Origin: Abditibacteriaceae bacterium
GTDB lineage: Bacteria > Armatimonadota > Abditibacteriia > Abditibacteriales > Abditibacteriaceae
DNA: 64,000 nucleotides
NCBI GenBank assembly: GCA_965277285.1
Contig: OZ255721.1
Span: forward strand, 3,424,001 to 3,488,000
Direction: 5' to 3'
Both the position numbers and the translations under genes were made by a program. Under the pieces are notes generated by a model. That model saw only the letters and a list, made by a program, of their open reading frames with translations. It searched no databases and was not told where the DNA came from. Positions within the stretch are counted from its first letter, which is position 1, and every line of letters starts with the position of its first letter. Below, piece by piece: positions 40,835 to 50,321 of the stretch.

Positions 40835-41470
40835 ATGAGCGATGAAGAGGAATTCGAGTACTCGAATCTTTCGGCGGATGAGTTGCGCGAAGTGGCGCCG
40901 CGCATCGAACATTGCGGCGACGCGGAATTGCAATGGCGTGTCATGGTCGAAGTGGCACGGCGCGAAAGCGCGGAGAGGAAGCCACACCGTTTCCGTAATT
41001 TTGGCCAATGGTTGTTTGATAACGAGCGAGCGCCGCGCAATTATCGCTGGCTGTTCGAGCATGGTGAAGAACGCACGACGGACGCGATTTTGTTGTGGTG
41101 GGAAGATCGACGGCCATTTTGGAAGCGTTTCGTCGGTCTCGTATCCTCCTGCGGCTTGCTTTCGTTTCTCGCGTTCCTGCTGCTGAGCGGAATTGATGCG
41201 GGCCCCTTCGCTATGGGCTCTTGGCTGGAAACCGTACTTGTGGTTATGGTGGGTTGGGGCTGGATTTCCGGCGCCCTTTTTATGCTGTTTGCGTTATTGG
41301 CCAGTTTCGTTTATTTTGGCTTTGTCGGTCTCGATATGATGCTCAGCGCCATTGTGTATTTCACGGATTGGCGTTGGAGTGTGTTTTTGTTTTCTTCTCT
41401 GTTAGCCCTGGCCTTAATTATCGCGGCGTTTTCCTGGCTTTCTCTGCTTTATTCTTTGGCCACGCGTTGA
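40835..41470 (+). CDS. Hypothetical membrane protein (paralog of 41518-42186)
   Basis: YSNLSADELREV, WLFE..RT..I..WWE.RR.FW and three to four TMs. Confidence 0.75.
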   Translation: MSDEEEFEYSNLSADELREVAPRIEHCGDAELQWRVMVEVARRESAERKPHRFRNFGQWLFDNERAPRNYRWLFEHGEERTTDAILLWWEDRRPFWKRFVGLVSSCGLLSFLAFLLLSGIDAGPFAMGSWLETVLVVMVGWGWISGALFMLFALLASFVYFGFVGLDMMLSAIVYFTDWRWSVFLFSSLLALALIIAAFSWLSLLYSLATR

Positions 41471-41517
41471 AAAACGAAATCGAGTACTCGAAAGAACAAC
41501 GAGTAATTCGATGAACG

Positions 41518-42186
41518 ATGATGTTCTGGTCAATGATTCCCGACGAAGTGCCCGATTACACGAAATACTCGTTGGAAGAGTTGCGTGATGTCGTGCGGCA
41601 TGCTGACTGTGACTACGATCCCGAACGCTACGTTGTGCTGCTGGAGGAAATCGCGTTGCATAAAGATAAAAATGAATATCCGTTGACGGCGCGAAAAAGT
41701 GTGAGCCGGGAAGCGCGCGCATTTCTGTCGGGAAATAAATATCCGCCGAAGGTACGGAGACCTTTGCGCGAGTGGCTTTTTGAAGAAGGTGATGCGCCGC
41801 GCACAGCCTCTCATATCATCGCTTGGTGGGAAGTTCGTCGCTCGTTTTGGTGCTGCTTCGTTGCGACTTTATTCGTCTGCGATTTCCTGACGGGATGGCT
41901 GTTGATAATGTTTGCGACTGCCGGGCACGGTTCCTCCAATTCGCTTCAGGCTTTTGCATCACTTCTTATTACTCTGATCCCAGCATTGTTTGTATTGGTT
42001 TTCTTGATGATTCCCGTCAACATTGTTTTTTGCGCGGCTTACTGTATCGACATTGCGTTGAACATCCCACTGCGATTTTTAGGCTGGCGCATGTCAGTTG
42101 TTTTACTCGGTTCCCTGTTGGCGCTGACGATTCTCGTTGCCAGTCTGCCAATTATCGGCTTGCTAAGGTTAATGACTCAGCGCTAA
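41518..42186 (+). CDS. Hypothetical membrane protein (paralog of 40835-41470)
   Basis: YTKYSLEELRDV, WLFE..RT..I..WWE.RR.FW and three to four TMs. Confidence 0.75.
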   Translation: MMFWSMIPDEVPDYTKYSLEELRDVVRHADCDYDPERYVVLLEEIALHKDKNEYPLTARKSVSREARAFLSGNKYPPKVRRPLREWLFEEGDAPRTASHIIAWWEVRRSFWCCFVATLFVCDFLTGWLLIMFATAGHGSSNSLQAFASLLITLIPALFVLVFLMIPVNIVFCAAYCIDIALNIPLRFLGWRMSVVLLGSLLALTILVASLPIIGLLRLMTQR

Positions 42187-42227
42187 CAACAAAAAGGTCG
42201 AGTACTCGATTCCTCCAAACACAAGCT

Positions 42228-42620
42228 ATGAACAAGCAACTTCTGGAGTTTCAAGCTAAAATTGCCTTTCTCGATTTGTTTCGCCACATAGTTGAAAGTG
42301 AGGGCGAATGGAATCGAATGCTTGATTTACGAGATGAGAACGCTTTTGAAAGCGAATGGCTGCGCGTCGACGAAGAAATTCGTGCACGGGAAGCGGAAAT
42401 GCTGCTTGAAGATGACGAACGAAAAGTTCTCGAACAAATCCGCGAGCGAACCTTTAAGATCGCTTTTCAGAATACGCGAAACGCCGAAATTGCGGCTTCG
42501 GTTTCTGATGACTTTGATGTAATGGCACGAGCGAAGCGCGTTGGCCTTAACAATTCTTGGTTAGATAATTTGATTCAGGAATATGCGACTGGAAAGTTTC
42601 CCTTTCAATTGCAACCATAA
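42228..42620 (+). CDS. Orphan hypothetical protein (AT-richer)
   Basis: 130-aa helical ORF from ATG 42228, flanked by 18-bp direct repeats. Confidence 0.7.
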   Translation: MNKQLLEFQAKIAFLDLFRHIVESEGEWNRMLDLRDENAFESEWLRVDEEIRAREAEMLLEDDERKVLEQIRERTFKIAFQNTRNAEIAASVSDDFDVMARAKRVGLNNSWLDNLIQEYATGKFPFQLQP

Positions 42621-42627
42621 AACGCAA

Positions 42628-42660
42628 AAGGTCGAGTACTCGAATTGAGTACTCGACCTT
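42628..42660. terminator. Hairpin formed by two copies of the 12-bp palindrome, between convergent genes
   Basis: aaggtcgagtactc gaatt gagtactcgacctt. Confidence 0.75.
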
Positions 42661-42681
42661 CGGTTTATGTGTAACTACAAT

Positions 42682-43230
42682 TTACGATGTGCTGGTGCTG
42701 CCTGTCACATCGCCGCTGACATCTTTGCGTTGGGCGCTGCTGGCGGTGTTGGTATAAGAACCGTCGCCGACAGCCGGTGCAGTGCCGCTGGCCATCGCTG
42801 CGAAATCGCCGCTTTCGGCGACTTTCTTGAAGCGATTGAGGTCTTCTTCCAATTGGTCTTCGGGGTCGGAGAAAATTTTGGCGACGGCTTCGCCCAGAAT
42901 GCCTGCGGGCGGCGTATATTCCAAGCCGACCGTCACTTTGGTTTCGCCGCTGCCAGCCTCTTCAAAAGTGACGGCGCCGTGCGTTTCGATATGGCCTTCG
43001 ACGCTCTGCCAGGCGATTTTCTTATTTTCTTGCACACTGGTAGTTTTGGCGTCCCATTCGACGTGAGTTCCCAGCGGGCCTTTGCTTTTCCAGTGCGTCA
43101 GGTCTTGTCCCGTCACATGAATGCTCTCGATGTTTTCCATGAAACGCGGGAAATTCTCGAAGTTCTTCCAAAACGAAAACACTTGCTCGACCGGCGCTTT
43201 TACAACCACCGATTTGGTTACGCTGCCCAT
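42682..43230 (-). CDS. SRPBCC/polyketide cyclase-family protein
   Basis: APVEQVFSFWKNFENFPRFM, IAWQS and EDLNRFK; AGGAG RBS. Confidence 0.9.
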   Translation of the reverse strand: MGSVTKSVVVKAPVEQVFSFWKNFENFPRFMENIESIHVTGQDLTHWKSKGPLGTHVEWDAKTTSVQENKKIAWQSVEGHIETHGAVTFEEAGSGETKVTVGLEYTPPAGILGEAVAKIFSDPEDQLEEDLNRFKKVAESGDFAAMASGTAPAVGDGSYTNTASSAQRKDVSGDVTGSTSTS

Positions 43231-43302
43231 AATTGTCACTCCTGAAAAGTTTGATTTCCGGCGCCAAACGGGTGCAAGCGAAGTGCCACAAAGGAAAATT
43301 AA

Positions 43303-43402
43303 GGAATGATGAATGAGGAATACGGAATGCAAACATATTGAACTTTGAGGACAACTTTGAACTTCGAGTACTCGATATTCCGTATTCCTCATTCATCATT
43401 CC
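43303..43402. repeat. Perfect 26-bp inverted repeat with 7-bp periodic arms, family E
   Basis: ggaatgatgaatgaggaatacggaat / attccgtattcctcattcatcattcc, enclosing a 12-bp palindrome; related copy at about 54039-54123. Confidence 0.85.
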
Positions 43403-43458
43403 GTATTCTCCGTTCGCTGCTATACTGTGCTCTTCCCAGGAGGAGTTTGAGACGAATT

Positions 43459-44955
43459 ATGAGTACACAATCGCTGCACGAGCAGATCGGACTGCAAACC
43501 GGCAACCAGGCCGATAACGGCGCCACGCACAACACGACAGTTGCAACAGCCAACGGCTTCGCACACGCAGCCGCCAGTGGCGCGGCAGCAAATGGTTCGG
43601 CAGCGAATGGTGTCGCGGCGGCAGGCAACTCGGTAGCAGACAACTCGGCAGCGACAAAGGGCGCCACATTCGACATCGAAGCGATTCCTGAAATTAAAAT
43701 CCCGCCGCGCATTTTGATGGGCGCTGGCCCGTCGGCCTCGTATCCCGAAGCCTTGCGTGCGATGGGCGCCAATACGCTGGGGCATCTCGATCCCGAATTT
43801 ATCGGCATTATGAACAATGTCGGCACGATGTTGCGCGCCGTGTTCCGCACCAAAAACCGCATCACGGGCGCCATTTCCGGCACCGGCACGGCGGGCATGG
43901 AAGCCTCGTTGTGCAACCTGATCGAAGAAGGCGACGAAGTTCTGGTTTGCGTCGCAGGCTATTTCTCGAGTCGTATGCAGCAGATGGCCGAACGCATGGG
44001 CGCGCAAGTTCGAGTACTCGAAAGCGAGTGGGGCACGGTTTTTACGCCCGAAGAAGTGCGCGAAGCCTTGTCGCAAATGAACAAGCCGAAACTCGTCGCC
44101 ATTGTTCACGCCGAAACTTCGACGGGAATTTTGCAGCCTTTGGAAGAGATCGCCCAAATCGCGCACGAACATGGCGCTCTGATTGTGGTCGATGCCGTGA
44201 CGAGCCTCGCGGGTTGTCCGGTTTTGGTGGATGAGTGGGATTTGGACGTGTGTTTTTCGGGCACGCAAAAGTGCATCGGTTCGCCGCCAGGCTTGTCGCC
44301 GATTACCTTCAGCGAACGCGCGATGGACGTGATCCACAATCGCCGCAAACCGGTTCAATCGTGGTATCTGGATATGTCGCTGGTCGAAAATTACTGGGGC
44401 GACAGCGGCGCGGGCGGGCGCGCTTATCATCACACGGCGCCGTCGAACGCGCTTTTCGGCTTGCACGAAGCCTTGCGCATGACGCTTTTGGAAGGTCTGG
44501 AAAATCGCTGGGCGCGCCACGAACTGCATTCGCGCGCTTTGATGGCCGGTTTACTCGCGCTCGGCTTGAAACCGTTCGCGCAGGAAGGTCATCGTTTGTG
44601 GCAGTTGAACGCGGTGCGCGTGCCCGAAGGCGTTGACGACGCAGCCGTGCGCACGCAGCTTTTGCGCCGCTACGATACGGAAATCGGTGGTGGCCTGGGG
44701 CCAGTCAAAGGCCAGATTTGGCGCATCGGAACGATGGGCTATTCGGCCAATCACAGCAACATCGTCAACTTGCTGTCGGCCCTGGAAGACATCTTGAGCG
44801 ACATGGATTATCCGCTGGAAAAAGGCGCGGCGCGCGATGCGGCGGAACAAGTTTACGACGCGCACGAATCGAGTACTCGAACGCAGGGCGACAACGGTCA
44901 GGGCGAAACCATTCCCGCCGAAAGCGTGGCACAAGGCGTAGCGCACAAAGAGTGA
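43459..44955 (+). CDS. Alanine-glyoxylate/serine-pyruvate aminotransferase (class V)
   Basis: ILMGAGPS, GTGTAGMEA, VHAETSTG, VDAVTS, SGTQKC and YHHT. Confidence 0.93.
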   Translation: MSTQSLHEQIGLQTGNQADNGATHNTTVATANGFAHAAASGAAANGSAANGVAAAGNSVADNSAATKGATFDIEAIPEIKIPPRILMGAGPSASYPEALRAMGANTLGHLDPEFIGIMNNVGTMLRAVFRTKNRITGAISGTGTAGMEASLCNLIEEGDEVLVCVAGYFSSRMQQMAERMGAQVRVLESEWGTVFTPEEVREALSQMNKPKLVAIVHAETSTGILQPLEEIAQIAHEHGALIVVDAVTSLAGCPVLVDEWDLDVCFSGTQKCIGSPPGLSPITFSERAMDVIHNRRKPVQSWYLDMSLVENYWGDSGAGGRAYHHTAPSNALFGLHEALRMTLLEGLENRWARHELHSRALMAGLLALGLKPFAQEGHRLWQLNAVRVPEGVDDAAVRTQLLRRYDTEIGGGLGPVKGQIWRIGTMGYSANHSNIVNLLSALEDILSDMDYPLEKGAARDAAEQVYDAHESSTRTQGDNGQGETIPAESVAQGVAHKE

Positions 44956-45086
44956 TTCACCGCGAAGGACAAGAAGGAGAAAGACGGGTTTGGAGTATGA
45001 AGTTCGACGCATTAATTCACGTAACGTACGTACACTCATCCCTCCTTTATTTTCTCTTCTCGTCTTTCGCGGTTCAAAACGGAATT

Positions 45087-45509
45087 ATGAGCAATCAAGT
45101 TATTAAAGGCTGCGGCTTTCATCACATTGCGTATCGCACGCCAAAGTGGGACGCAGCAATGCGTTTCTGGTGCGATGGTCTGGGTTGTGTCCCTAAGTTG
45201 CAGTGGGGCGAAGCGCCCAAGCGCGCCGCTATGCTCGACTTGGGCGATGGCAATTACTTTGAGCTTTTCGAGCGCGAACCGACGCATAACGAGAATGTGG
45301 AAGAGCGCGAATCGAGTGCTTTGCATTTGTGTTTGCGGACGGACAATTGCGAAGAAGCCGTGAAAGTTGCAGTTGCGGCGGGCGCGGAAGTGACGATGGC
45401 GCCGTCCGACGTGGATTTCAAAGGCCAGATCGTTCCTGCCGCGAAGATCGCGTTTATCAAAGCGCCGGGCGGAGTTATCGTCGAGTTCTTCCAGTGCGAC
45501 GCACTCTAA
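45087..45509 (+). CDS. VOC/glyoxalase-family protein
   Basis: FHHIA, YFELF, LHLCLRT and IAFIKAPGGVIVEFFQ. Confidence 0.88.
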   Translation: MSNQVIKGCGFHHIAYRTPKWDAAMRFWCDGLGCVPKLQWGEAPKRAAMLDLGDGNYFELFEREPTHNENVEERESSALHLCLRTDNCEEAVKVAVAAGAEVTMAPSDVDFKGQIVPAAKIAFIKAPGGVIVEFFQCDAL

Positions 45510-45635
45510 AGTTTTGTGCGCAAACTGTTTCAGCATCGCACGGGAATTGCAGTAATCGAGTACTCGAAGAATTGCAGAAGAGTTTGAAAGTTGTCGCATG
45601 TCGTTATTTTTCATTTTCTCAAGGAGAGAAAACTC

Positions 45636-45782
45636 ATGGAAGGTTATTGTGTGAAGTGCAAGGCGAAGAAGGAAATGAAGGACGCGCATGAAATCACGAT
45701 GAAAAACGGCAAACCGGCGCAGCAGGGCGTTTGTCCCGATTGCGGCACCAAAATCACGAAGATTGGCGGCGTCAAGGCGTAA
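45636..45782 (+). CDS. DUF5679-type small zinc-ribbon protein
   Basis: MEGYCVKCK..MKNGKPA..GVCPDCGTK; AAGGAG RBS. Confidence 0.85.
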   Translation: MEGYCVKCKAKKEMKDAHEITMKNGKPAQQGVCPDCGTKITKIGGVKA

Positions 45783-45878
45783 AAAAGTTGAAATCAGGAG
45801 GCTGAGGGCTGGAAAAGGTTTCCGAAAGAAAGCTGCGTCGTTCGGCTTCTTCCGTCTTCCTTTCCCAGCCTTTTTCTT

Positions 45879-46952
45879 ATGAAGTATCGAGTTTTTCCGA
45901 AAACAGATTTGCGCGTCAGTGAAGTCGGCTTTGGCCTGTGGACGCTGGCGACCAATTGGTGGGGCGAACACACCGACGAAGAAGCGATTGCGATGCTGCA
46001 GCAAGCGCGCGAACTGGGCATCAATTTCTTCGACACGGCGGACACTTACGGCAATGGGCGCGGCGAAACGCTGTTGCGCGATGCCTTTGGACATAATCCC
46101 GAAGGTTTGGTTTATGCGACCAAGTTCGGCTACGATTGGTACAACCAAAACCACGAGCGGCGCGGGCAGCAGGAAATCCCGCACAATTTCGAGCCGCAAT
46201 TTATCCGTCACGCCTGCGAGCAAAGTTTGCTGCGCCTGGGCGTGGACGCGATTCCTTTGTGGCAGATTCATAACGCGCACATGGATCACGTTCAAAACGA
46301 TGAGTTGTGGGACACGCTGGAAGCGTTGAAGCAGGAAGGCAAAGTGTTGCATTATGGCGTGGCCGTTGGGCCAGCCAACGGTTGGTTGTGGGAAGGCATC
46401 GGCGCGATGCGTCACCGCGATATTGCCAGTTTGCAAATCATTCACAATATTTTGGAACAGCATCCGGGCGGCGATTTCTTTGCGGATGCACGCGAAAACA
46501 ACGTCGGACTTCTGGTGCGCGTGCCGCATTCATCGGGAATGTTGGAAGGCAAATACACGATAGACACGACTTTCGCCGCCAACGATCACCGCCGCCATCG
46601 TCCGCGTTCGTGGCTGGTCAACGGAATCGAAAAGCTGAAAACCCTGACTTTTCTGACCGAAGGCCGCAATCAAACTTTGGGGCAAGCCGCCATCAAATTC
46701 ATCCTCAGCGAGCCAAGTGTTGTCAGCGTGTTGCCCAACATTTACGATGAGGAACAATTGCGCGAATTCGCCGCCGCACCCGATTTGCCCGATTTGACAA
46801 GCGAAGATTTGGCGCGCATCGCCGAATTGGAACGCATCAATTTTGGTGTCGAAGAAGAGCCAATGAAAATGAAAGGCGAGCCGGAAAGCGCGTTGCGCGA
46901 ATGGGAACAATCGCGCCAATCGAGTACTCGATTGCAGGAAGCGCAGGTGTAA
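45879..46952 (+). CDS. Aldo/keto reductase
   Basis: VSEVGFG, FFDTADTYG, ATKFG and SLLRLGVD. Confidence 0.93.
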   Translation: MKYRVFPKTDLRVSEVGFGLWTLATNWWGEHTDEEAIAMLQQARELGINFFDTADTYGNGRGETLLRDAFGHNPEGLVYATKFGYDWYNQNHERRGQQEIPHNFEPQFIRHACEQSLLRLGVDAIPLWQIHNAHMDHVQNDELWDTLEALKQEGKVLHYGVAVGPANGWLWEGIGAMRHRDIASLQIIHNILEQHPGGDFFADARENNVGLLVRVPHSSGMLEGKYTIDTTFAANDHRRHRPRSWLVNGIEKLKTLTFLTEGRNQTLGQAAIKFILSEPSVVSVLPNIYDEEQLREFAAAPDLPDLTSEDLARIAELERINFGVEEEPMKMKGEPESALREWEQSRQSSTRLQEAQV

Positions 46953-46958
46953 ATTATC

Positions 46959-46997
46959 AACAAGCGGCGAGAAATTATTCTCGTCGCTTGTTTTTTT
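46959..46997 (+). terminator. Intrinsic terminator
   Basis: caagcggcgagaa/ttctcgtcgcttg followed by T7. Confidence 0.8.
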
Positions 46998-47007
46998 GAG
47001 GTGATGA

Positions 47008-47496
47008 ATGCTGTTCCAAATGGCTCGCAATTATGTTGTTTCGTCTTTGAGTGGCGCGCCCGATGTTTACGAACACTTGCTGCGCGATCTTGCGCCTGAT
47101 GACGCGCGCTGGGATTTTAGTCCTGACGCGGAACGCTTTACCTTGCGCGGAATTGTGGCTCATCTGGCTGATTATACGGAAGTTTGCGTTTTGCGTTTTC
47201 GCCGCACGCTGGAAGAAAATGAACCGCATTTTCCGAATTGGAATCCGTCGCAAATCGCTCTCGACAACGATTACGCGCACAGCGACGCGCGCGAAAGTTT
47301 GCGACGCTTGCGCGAAAGCCGCGCGCAGATGAGCGAAATCGTGCGCGATTTGCCACAGGAAGGTTGGGCACGCGGCGCTTCCCGCGAAGGCGTGGGCGCG
47401 TTAACGCTGGAAGATCAGGCTGTAATGGTCGTGGCGCACGATGGTTATCATTTACAGCAAATCGTACAATGGTTGGAACAAGCGCCAAAAGTGTGA
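47008..47496 (+). CDS. DinB-family protein
   Basis: IVAHLAD and HDGYHLQQI metal-binding histidines. Confidence 0.87.
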   Translation: MLFQMARNYVVSSLSGAPDVYEHLLRDLAPDDARWDFSPDAERFTLRGIVAHLADYTEVCVLRFRRTLEENEPHFPNWNPSQIALDNDYAHSDARESLRRLRESRAQMSEIVRDLPQEGWARGASREGVGALTLEDQAVMVVAHDGYHLQQIVQWLEQAPKV

Positions 47497-47576
47497 ACGA
47501 CGAAAGGAAGCGCGCATCGCGTACTCGATTGTCTTCTTTCTTGATGCGTAGAACGATTCATATTCCCCAATAAACA

Positions 47577-48218
47577 ATGATTTCTACACGTGATTTAGCC
47601 TTGTTGCCCGATATTGATCGCCTCAAACTGTTGGCGCAATCCTTGGCTATGCTGGACGCTATCTTGGAACCGGAATGGGATTTTCGTTATTACTCCTTCG
47701 ATACGCATTGGGCAACAGGAGAATCTCTGGCCTCAATGAGAAATGGCTCGGGTGACGCTTACTCCTTTTTGTTCTGCTCTGCGGGTGCGATTTTGAAAGG
47801 CTTCGCTCACGAGTCGGCGATGAGTCCTTATCGCAAAAAGCCGCCTCGCGTTTGGCCGGGAGTTTTGGATAATGTGCCTGAAGTGTTTTCCGCGTTTATA
47901 TCAGAACCCGCGTTTACCACCAACGACACGACGTTTTGCATTTGGCGTACTCAGTCGGATATTTCGTGGCAGCATGGTCGTATTCAATGGCCTGAGGCAC
48001 AAGACCCGGATGGTTCAGTCAGTTTGCTGGCTCTCTTGGACGGCAATCCGATAACTTATCAGGAATGGGCGGAGGATTATTATGAACGTTCCGTTGATCT
48101 GTCTGCCGTTACGCACATTTACGAGCATCGGCCTTTGTCCCAGAAGATAATCAAATCACTTAACAATTCTCTGTCGCTTTCCAACATCGACGATGACGTA
48201 AAGCAAATCGGGTACTGA
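47577..48218 (+). CDS. Orphan/accessory hypothetical protein
   Basis: 213-aa ORF (LAMLDAILEPEWDFRYYSF, MRNGSGD, KGFAHES, DPDGS); no family name that I can support. Confidence 0.8.
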   Translation: MISTRDLALLPDIDRLKLLAQSLAMLDAILEPEWDFRYYSFDTHWATGESLASMRNGSGDAYSFLFCSAGAILKGFAHESAMSPYRKKPPRVWPGVLDNVPEVFSAFISEPAFTTNDTTFCIWRTQSDISWQHGRIQWPEAQDPDGSVSLLALLDGNPITYQEWAEDYYERSVDLSAVTHIYEHRPLSQKIIKSLNNSLSLSNIDDDVKQIGY

Positions 48219-48285
48219 AGTTCACTGTCAGCGATTTACAAGCCTCAAGTATCAGCGTTGGAAACTGCTGCACCAACTCTATAAA

Positions 48286-48327
48286 GCAAGAAAGCGCCTA
48301 TCGAGTACTCGATAGGCGCTTTCTTGC
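48286..48327. terminator. Perfect 42-bp palindrome centred on TCGAGTACTCGA, between convergent genes
   Basis: gcaagaaagcgcctaTCGAGTACTCGAtaggcgctttcttgc. Confidence 0.85.
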
Positions 48328-48342
48328 GTGGAGCGAGGCACC

Positions 48343-50130
48343 CTACGGTATTTTCGCGCTTGTTTTGGCTGCTCTTTTAATCGTGGTGCCGCGAATCAGC
48401 AGCGGAATGTCGTCGCCGATGTCGGCGCCGCCGTCGCGCAAGTTGGCTTGAATGGTGCGCAAGTTGGTCGGGTCTTTGCCGATCAAGTCGTGCGGCGTCA
48501 CGGTTTTGGTGGCGCACAACCAGGCCGCGACGCCCGCCGCTTCGCCCGCCGCCATCGTGATGGGAATAACGCGACACGAACCGGCTGCCGAATAAGTCGC
48601 GGACAGGCTGCGCGAGGCGACGAAAACGCCATCGACGGCTTTGGGAACCAGGGCGCGCAACGGCAAGGTGTAATAATAGCGGCGCGGCCCAAACGGGTTG
48701 ATCTGATTGCGCGTGTAAGGATGCAAATCGAGAGGATACGACGCCATTGCCACGCGATCAGGGAAAATTGTCTGGCCGTAAACATCCGACGCTTTCAGCA
48801 TATAAATGCCGTGAACGTGGCGCGTTTCGCGGATGTAAAGTTCCGGCGCGGCCTGCTTCAACTGTGCGTTTTGGAAGCCAGGCATTTTCTGGCGCAAATA
48901 AGCGATGAAATAGGGAAGTTCCGCCAGGGCTTCGTCGCGCGCGTGCTTGCGCGATTTTGGATCAAGTCCATTGACGCCCAAAATGTTGACTGTGTTGAGC
49001 ACAACGCTGCCGTCCTGCTGGCGCCCGAAGTTGATCGACAAGGTCATAATGTCCGGGCCGTGCGGCTTATATGGCTTGATGATGTCGCCGCGTTCCCACG
49101 CGTAATTGCCATGCAAACCGCCCAGATGCAGCCACACGTTCGGATCGACTTTGCCCGACGATGGCATTCTACGGTCGTCCCAACCTTTGGATAAATCGGG
49201 CAATGCGACGAATTTGAAGTTGCCGCGCGTGGCTTTCGAGTACTCGAAACCGGTTTGCTGAATCGTGGCTTGAGGCGTTGGTTTCGGTGTGAAAGTAGGA
49301 AACGCTTTGGCGGGTTTGTGAACGTCGCTGGCGCGCATACGGCGGCGTCCGCGAACATAAAGTCGCACTTCTTTCCAGTTGACGCCCGAAACCGAAAATA
49401 GCAAACCCGCCGATTGCATCCTTTTGTCGGGATTGGCGTTTTCGCGCCCAACGTAATAACCGCTGCCAGCGCGCGCCGCGAAATCGGCGTCATTGGTCGC
49501 ATCGACAACCGCGTTCGCCAACACTTCGCGCGTCGGGCCACCGTTTGGAACGGGCGCCGCAACTGCCGATGTGGACAGCGTCGAATTGGAATCGTTTTGC
49601 ACGCCGACAACCGGAACTTTCTGCAAATCGGCGCCGACAACGCGGTTGCCGTTTTTCAAAATGCGCGTGACGCGCGTTTCCGTCATCACTTCGATGTTGG
49701 GATCGGCGCGCACTGTTGACTCAAATAACTGGCGTCCGTGATCGACGCTGAACGCGACGCCCAGTTGATCGAAAAACTCGGCGAAAATGCCATGAACCGG
49801 CGACGCATTGCCCGGATTGATCGGCACATCGAACTGGTTCAGCATCGCGTAAACCGCGTCGCCGCCCAGATGTGTACGCTGCTCGACCATCAAAACACGT
49901 GCGCCGCGTCGTCCCGCTGCCAACGCCGCGGCGATTCCCGAAGGCGTTCCACCAACCACTAAAACATCATAGCGATCCGCTGCGGGAACTGACGAAAACT
50001 GGCCGCTTGCCGTCCACTTCGTCAGTGTGTGCGGCGCTTTATGATGCTTCCACCATAACAAGCCAAGCAAAGCGAGCAACGCTATGATAATTGGAACAGG
50101 CCGCACGCGCGAAGGTCGGCGACGGCGCAT
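48343..50130 (-). CDS. Membrane-anchored FAD-dependent oxidoreductase
   Basis: TM, DVLVVGGTPSGIAAA, VDATNDAD, YIRETR, YPLDLH and GEAAGVAA. Start uncertain. Confidence 0.88.
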   Translation of the reverse strand: MRRRRPSRVRPVPIIIALLALLGLLWWKHHKAPHTLTKWTASGQFSSVPAADRYDVLVVGGTPSGIAAALAAGRRGARVLMVEQRTHLGGDAVYAMLNQFDVPINPGNASPVHGIFAEFFDQLGVAFSVDHGRQLFESTVRADPNIEVMTETRVTRILKNGNRVVGADLQKVPVVGVQNDSNSTLSTSAVAAPVPNGGPTREVLANAVVDATNDADFAARAGSGYYVGRENANPDKRMQSAGLLFSVSGVNWKEVRLYVRGRRRMRASDVHKPAKAFPTFTPKPTPQATIQQTGFEYSKATRGNFKFVALPDLSKGWDDRRMPSSGKVDPNVWLHLGGLHGNYAWERGDIIKPYKPHGPDIMTLSINFGRQQDGSVVLNTVNILGVNGLDPKSRKHARDEALAELPYFIAYLRQKMPGFQNAQLKQAAPELYIRETRHVHGIYMLKASDVYGQTIFPDRVAMASYPLDLHPYTRNQINPFGPRRYYYTLPLRALVPKAVDGVFVASRSLSATYSAAGSCRVIPITMAAGEAAGVAAWLCATKTVTPHDLIGKDPTNLRTIQANLRDGGADIGDDIPLLIRGTTIKRAAKTSAKIP

Positions 50131-50321
50131 CGCAGTCGTGAGCAGCAAAGGCGAAGCGGTCAGGGACGCAAAGGGCAAGGAACGAAGAAGATGAAATGCT
50201 GTCATTGCAAAGCTGTGGTTCGAGTACGGGAATGTGAAAATCGAGAGTTGGAAATAGGAACTTATTGTAACGATTTCGCGGGTGTTGCGACAAAAAACAG
50301 CTCGCCAAGGAACTGGAAATT

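Noticed and set aside
40835..42660. Integron cassette array
   Set aside because: There are no convincing attC sites (paired RYYYAAC/GTTRRRY ends with long imperfect stems) and no integrase in the window.
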